From Lama glama (taxonomy: Eukaryota): 64,000 bases of DNA. Each line of letters starts with the position of its first letter. Within the stretch, counting starts at the first letter, position 1. The translations under genes were made by a program, and so were the position numbers. The notes below the pieces were generated by a model. The model saw nothing but the letters and a program-made list of their open reading frames with translations, searched no databases and was not told where the DNA came from. Of this stretch, positions 59,781 through 64,000 are shown piece after piece. The stretch is from the NCBI GenBank assembly GCA_028534125.1, contig CM052831.1:434001-498000 (forward strand), written 5' to 3'.

Positions 59781-62700
59781 AGAGCTGAGACTACAGACTA
59801 GAAAGGGCACGTCTTTCTGGAATGTCAATTCTACATTAATCTTTTGGGGGGAGAAATGCTATTTTCATATTAAAGCCAACACATGGCAGAATAGCATGGA
59901 AAATTCAAGTTATTCTTCAAGATAAACAGGTGATTTCAAAGCAATTTCATCATTCTTCAACCTCAGGCCCCCCCGGCCCCATGGCCCTGGACCCTGGGGT
60001 GTATCCCTCCTCTGCGTGGGACTTGGTTGTGAAGTGTTTTGGTCGGATTAGGTAGGTTTTGTCAAGCAAGTAGAAGTTTATCTTAAGCTAGAACCAGCAG
60101 GTCGGCAGGGCTAGGGCCTCCCCCCCACCCCTGACTCTGCTCCCCCCACTCCGACCCACAGCTCTGCCCAGGGTCCCAGAGTTTCTCTCCTGGCTTTGGT
60201 CCACCCTGGCCCTGACCCCTGACCCCGTGTTACCTCCACGGTCCACTGGCCATGTCTCTGCTTATTCCCAGAGGAAACCTGGCTCGCCAGCCTCTTCTCA
60301 CCCCGGCCAGAGCGAGGCGCCCAGGGCCAGCTGGAGCTGAGCCTGCTCCCTGGGGCCACTGCTGCTGGACGGCAGGGGGTCTGAGCCTGGAGGGGACGTG
60401 GGCCCGCTGGAGCAGGAGGCTCCAGCCCAGCCCGGGCTCCTCTTGGACCCAGGGTGTCCGTCGCCCTGGCGGGCCTGCCGTGGCTCATCCTTCCTGTTCT
60501 TTACCGTGGGCGCATCCTCCCAGCCTTCTGGACCATCTTGTCTTTCACTCTATCCCTTTGCTCTGAAACGTCCCCCCCATCCCCCCCCCCGCCCCCAGGC
60601 ACCCGGATAGAGGCCTCGGGAGCGTGGGCCGCCTGGTCTCAGGGCAGTCTCCTTGCCGAGGCGGATGCATGTGGGCGCAGAACTTCTCGGATCCACACGA
60701 GGAACAGAGACGCCTGGTTCAGGCCTCTGTGGCCTGAGTCACCGCTCCTGACATGTCCCTCCCTCCCACCCCTGTGGGGTCCGGTGCAGAGCCGTCCTGA
60801 GGCCTTTGCTGTGTGGCCCTTGGCTGTGGAGAGCCACAGCTGACTCATGGGGGGGTCCAGGCTCTGTCTGACTGCCACGGGCCACCAGCAAGTCACAGAC
60901 GTGGAGTTAAAATTCACGTCTCTTGATTTTTTTCCGAATGCCTTTTTATTTTCTATTGTGCTCTGCATTTTTTCTTCAAACTATGTAGATACCCATTTAG
61001 CCAAATAGGTTTCTGCAAATGTAAACGCCAGCTAGCTAGCAGCACAGGCCTGGCAGGCCACCCGGCTTCCGTGTGAGAGCAGCTAGGCCTGCCCTGCGGC
61101 CCTGCCTCCGGCCTCTGCACCCTGAGCAGGGCCCCCCCAACCCCGGACAGGAGCTGAGCCTGCCCCAGCCGGCCCTGTGGCAGAGCACACAGCCGGTTGG
61201 CGAGGCTCTGCAGTCCACCAGCCCGTGGTCTCCACTGTCCGTGGGTGACCGGACTCCCAGGAAGCCCCAGGCTGCTTGTCCGTGGGGGCGGCCTTAGCCC
61301 CTCCCAGCCCAGGGCCCGGGAAGGACAGGAGCTCCCGGAGGCAGCCCTCTACCCCAGGCACACCTCCGCTCCTCGCCAGGAGAAGCAGCTCATGGGTGGC
61401 AGTCGGTGCTCGCCCAGGGTGCGGTGTCCAGTGGAAATCAGACCCCAAAGTCCTGTGCGGTTATGACAAGGTGACAGCATGTTCCGTGGACCCAGGGCTG
61501 TGTCCGTGTCTGCATCTGAGTCTGCATTCCCGTCTACACTTGTATCACATCCGTCCACACAGGTGGGTGCCCAGGCTCTGTTTCCTCACTCCCTTGAGAG
61601 GGGAGAACGGTAACCCCCCACCATACACTGCACCATGTGACAAGACTCAGTCCGGCCCTCGGAGGGTCAGGGTCCGGAGAGCCCGCCCCAAGCCCTGGCC
61701 CTCCCAGTGGTGGAGCAGGGCTGACGGACTTTTCTCCAGGACGTCTCACACATCCAAATACCTGTAGGAGAGTCTCACCTGAAGCCAGTGTCACACACAC
61801 TCGTTAGCCGTTTGCAGGCCTCTGTGGCCCAGAGGTGACATGGGCGGTGCTGAGGTGACTCGCGAGAATGGGGCAGAGGGAGCCCGAGACCTGCACGTCT
61901 GAGCAAGCTGAGGAACCGGCCGCTCTCTGGTTCACACAACTGGCCCGACTCCCGCGGCCCTTGGCCCAGGGCAGACAGATGGGCCCTAGTGTGTGGCACG
62001 GAGCACCAGAGGGAGCTGGCAGAGGAGTGACGCTGCCCAGAGGTGGGGAACGCTCTTGTCGGGAATGGAAGCGTGAATGGGGGTCTCCCTGGAGGTCGGT
62101 GCTGGGAGGACCTGGCAGGGTGGACGAGGCCGGGGGCACGGAAGACGGCAAGTCTTGATGTGCAGAGCCTGCCGGGGGCTCCACGGGCATCCTTCCGGGA
62201 GGGCAGTGGCTCAGGAGAGCCCTGGACGCTGCTCTGCAGGTGGCAGGGGCGGGGGGCTGTGAGCTGAAAGCTGAGTTGGAGGGATCGGGGACTCCTCGAG
62301 CCCTGGCGCGGGGCCCAGAGGCCCTCACGGCCACCCCGATGTCACTGGGACTCCCCACTCCAGGTAGCTGGGCTCCTAGGCTTCACGTTGCCTGCATGTG
62401 ACCGTGTGTTGGCTCTGGGTTTGGTCTGCACGGCCTTCGATGCGTTAGAGCCCTTGCTGGGGACAGGTGAACACGTGGGCGGCATGTGGGCCTGCTCTGG
62501 GTCCTCCCCTGCCCCTCGAGGTTCCAACCCTCCTGTCTGCATCCGGCAGAGCGTAGACGCTCCTGCTGAGCCTGTCACTCTAGGGGTGCAGGGCCAGCCT
62601 GTTTCCTGCCCCGGACACACCGCCCAGATGGGAGGGCCTGTTTGACGGCTCGGTTCTCGTGGCCACGGAGCAGAACCAGTGAATGTTGCTCTTCCTCGTT

Positions 62701-64000
62701 CCCGCAGCATTTGGTAAGCAGGGCGGGGTCCAAGTTCCTGGTTCTCGCATGACCCCTGTTGCCCCCGCTGGCCAGGCCTTCCGCCTGCTCTGGGTCCTCT
62801 GCATGGTCTGCAAGCTCCCGGTGGGTGGCGTCCCCGGAGCGGCTGCCTAGTGACCCTCCACTGAGACACACGCCGCGTCCCAGCGCTCTCTCAGATCTGC
62901 CCTGGGGGGGCCCCCTGCACCAGGCCCGGCAGCAGCTCCGGGGACACGTCGGGTGCAGCGGCTGAAAATCCTCCCTTGGTGGGGCCCCGTCTTCCAGGAC
63001 ACGCCCTCTCCTCCGTCTTCCGTCGCTCTTCCAGAGGCCTTCCTTGTGGACATGCGTTTGGGTATTAAGTTCTTAACGTCTGTTATTTGCCCTGTGCTGG
63101 GCCCTGCTCTGAGCAGTTCATGTGCGCTGTCTTGGGGCGTCTGTGGCGACCCCCACAGCACTGTCCCAGGGAAGCTGGGATGCCGACCCCCACAGGGTCA
63201 GGACTCTGCTCGCACCCTGGCCCACACCCATCCCCGCTGCCCGACGTCCCCTCAACCTAGAACGCTCTTAGACCCTAGCCTCGTCTGTCCTGCCAGACAC
63301 ATGCCTGGTGGACAGACCCCGTGGGTCCCTGTGAGCACACGGCTGGCAGCTAATGAATGAAGGTGGCTCCCTCCAGGCCATCAGACTGAGCTCTGCATCC
63401 TGGCCCTCCCCAACCCCCTCACCCACCCCTACCCCGTGTGCTGCCCAGGGCTCATCCTGGCTGCAGAGGGGGTGGGGGCAGCCTGACACTTCCCCTCCTC
63501 CTCCTTCCCAGCCTCCTCCGCCTGCCCCTACCCCTCACCCCGCACTCTCTTTTGATCTCGAGAAGCCAGGCCCTTGGAGAAATCAGACAGTATGAAATAT
63601 GAAAAGTGCTTGGGAAGTAATTGAAGAAACACTGTGACTTTTGAAACCCGTGGAGATAACACTCGCACCTTCTTGCTCACGTTATTTAATTTTTAATGGC
63701 AGATTTAATTAATGGAGATCAGGTCTTCTGGTTTCAGCCGTTCAGCCGGAGCAGCTGGAGGAGGAGGAGGGGCAGCTGCTCACGGGGTGGAGGGAAGGGC
63801 TCAAAATTGGGGTCTGAAGTGTAGTGGGAAGGGAAATCGCCAGGTGCCAGCTAACCCGCAGGGATTCGGTGCCTTGCCTCAGAGCAGGACCCCGGGCAGC
63901 AGGCCCTGGCAGCTCCTTCATTTGCAAGTAACAACCCCCCTTTGCCCGTGGCCAAGGTGGAGGCTTTCCGGCTGCGGGACACCCTCTCCAGCCCTCCGCA

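Larger units (their letters stand above)
40113..64000 (+). other. CHCHD6: Probable large CHCHD6 intron downstream of the exon (intron 5 equivalent)
   Basis: Begins GTGAGC. The next expected exon (NAEMYKLSS-like) was not found in the window by eye. Confidence 0.7.

Noticed and set aside
63725-63790. Exon-like segment ttctggtttcag/ccgttcag CCGGAGCAGCTGGAGGAGGAGGAG
   Set aside because: It does not encode the expected next CHCHD6 exon, has no clear donor, and is low-complexity GAG sequence.

Overview
Mammalian genomic DNA, almost certainly camelid, because a Vic-1-type tRNA-derived SINE sits at ~5545-5660. Most of the window is GC- and CpG-rich intronic sequence. I can support only one protein-coding segment: an 84-bp phase-0/0 internal exon at 40029-40112 (+) encoding AKELESREAELRRRDAFYKEQLGRLEKQ. 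It matches, from memory, the coiled-coil exon (exon 5 in human) of CHCHD6/MIC25, a MICOS subunit. The rest of the window is therefore most likely the two large flanking CHCHD6 introns. They are filled with decayed L1, L2, MIR, MaLR (MLT1), MER20 and MER104 fragments, several minisatellites, and a 130-N assembly gap. The supplied ORFs are either decayed L1 frames or chance GC-rich ORFs. I found no convincing new biological system. The best leads are: (i) patchy AT-to-GC conversion of old repeats, suggesting GC-biased gene conversion; (ii) minisatellites apparently born from that converted L1 sequence, one with higher-order structure; (iii) small AT-rich homeobox-motif islands that resist the GC background (candidate enhancers); (iv) a possible stop-containing cryptic exon downstream of the CHCHD6 exon. 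Repeat names and boundaries were assigned by eye from remembered consensus sequences and are approximate.
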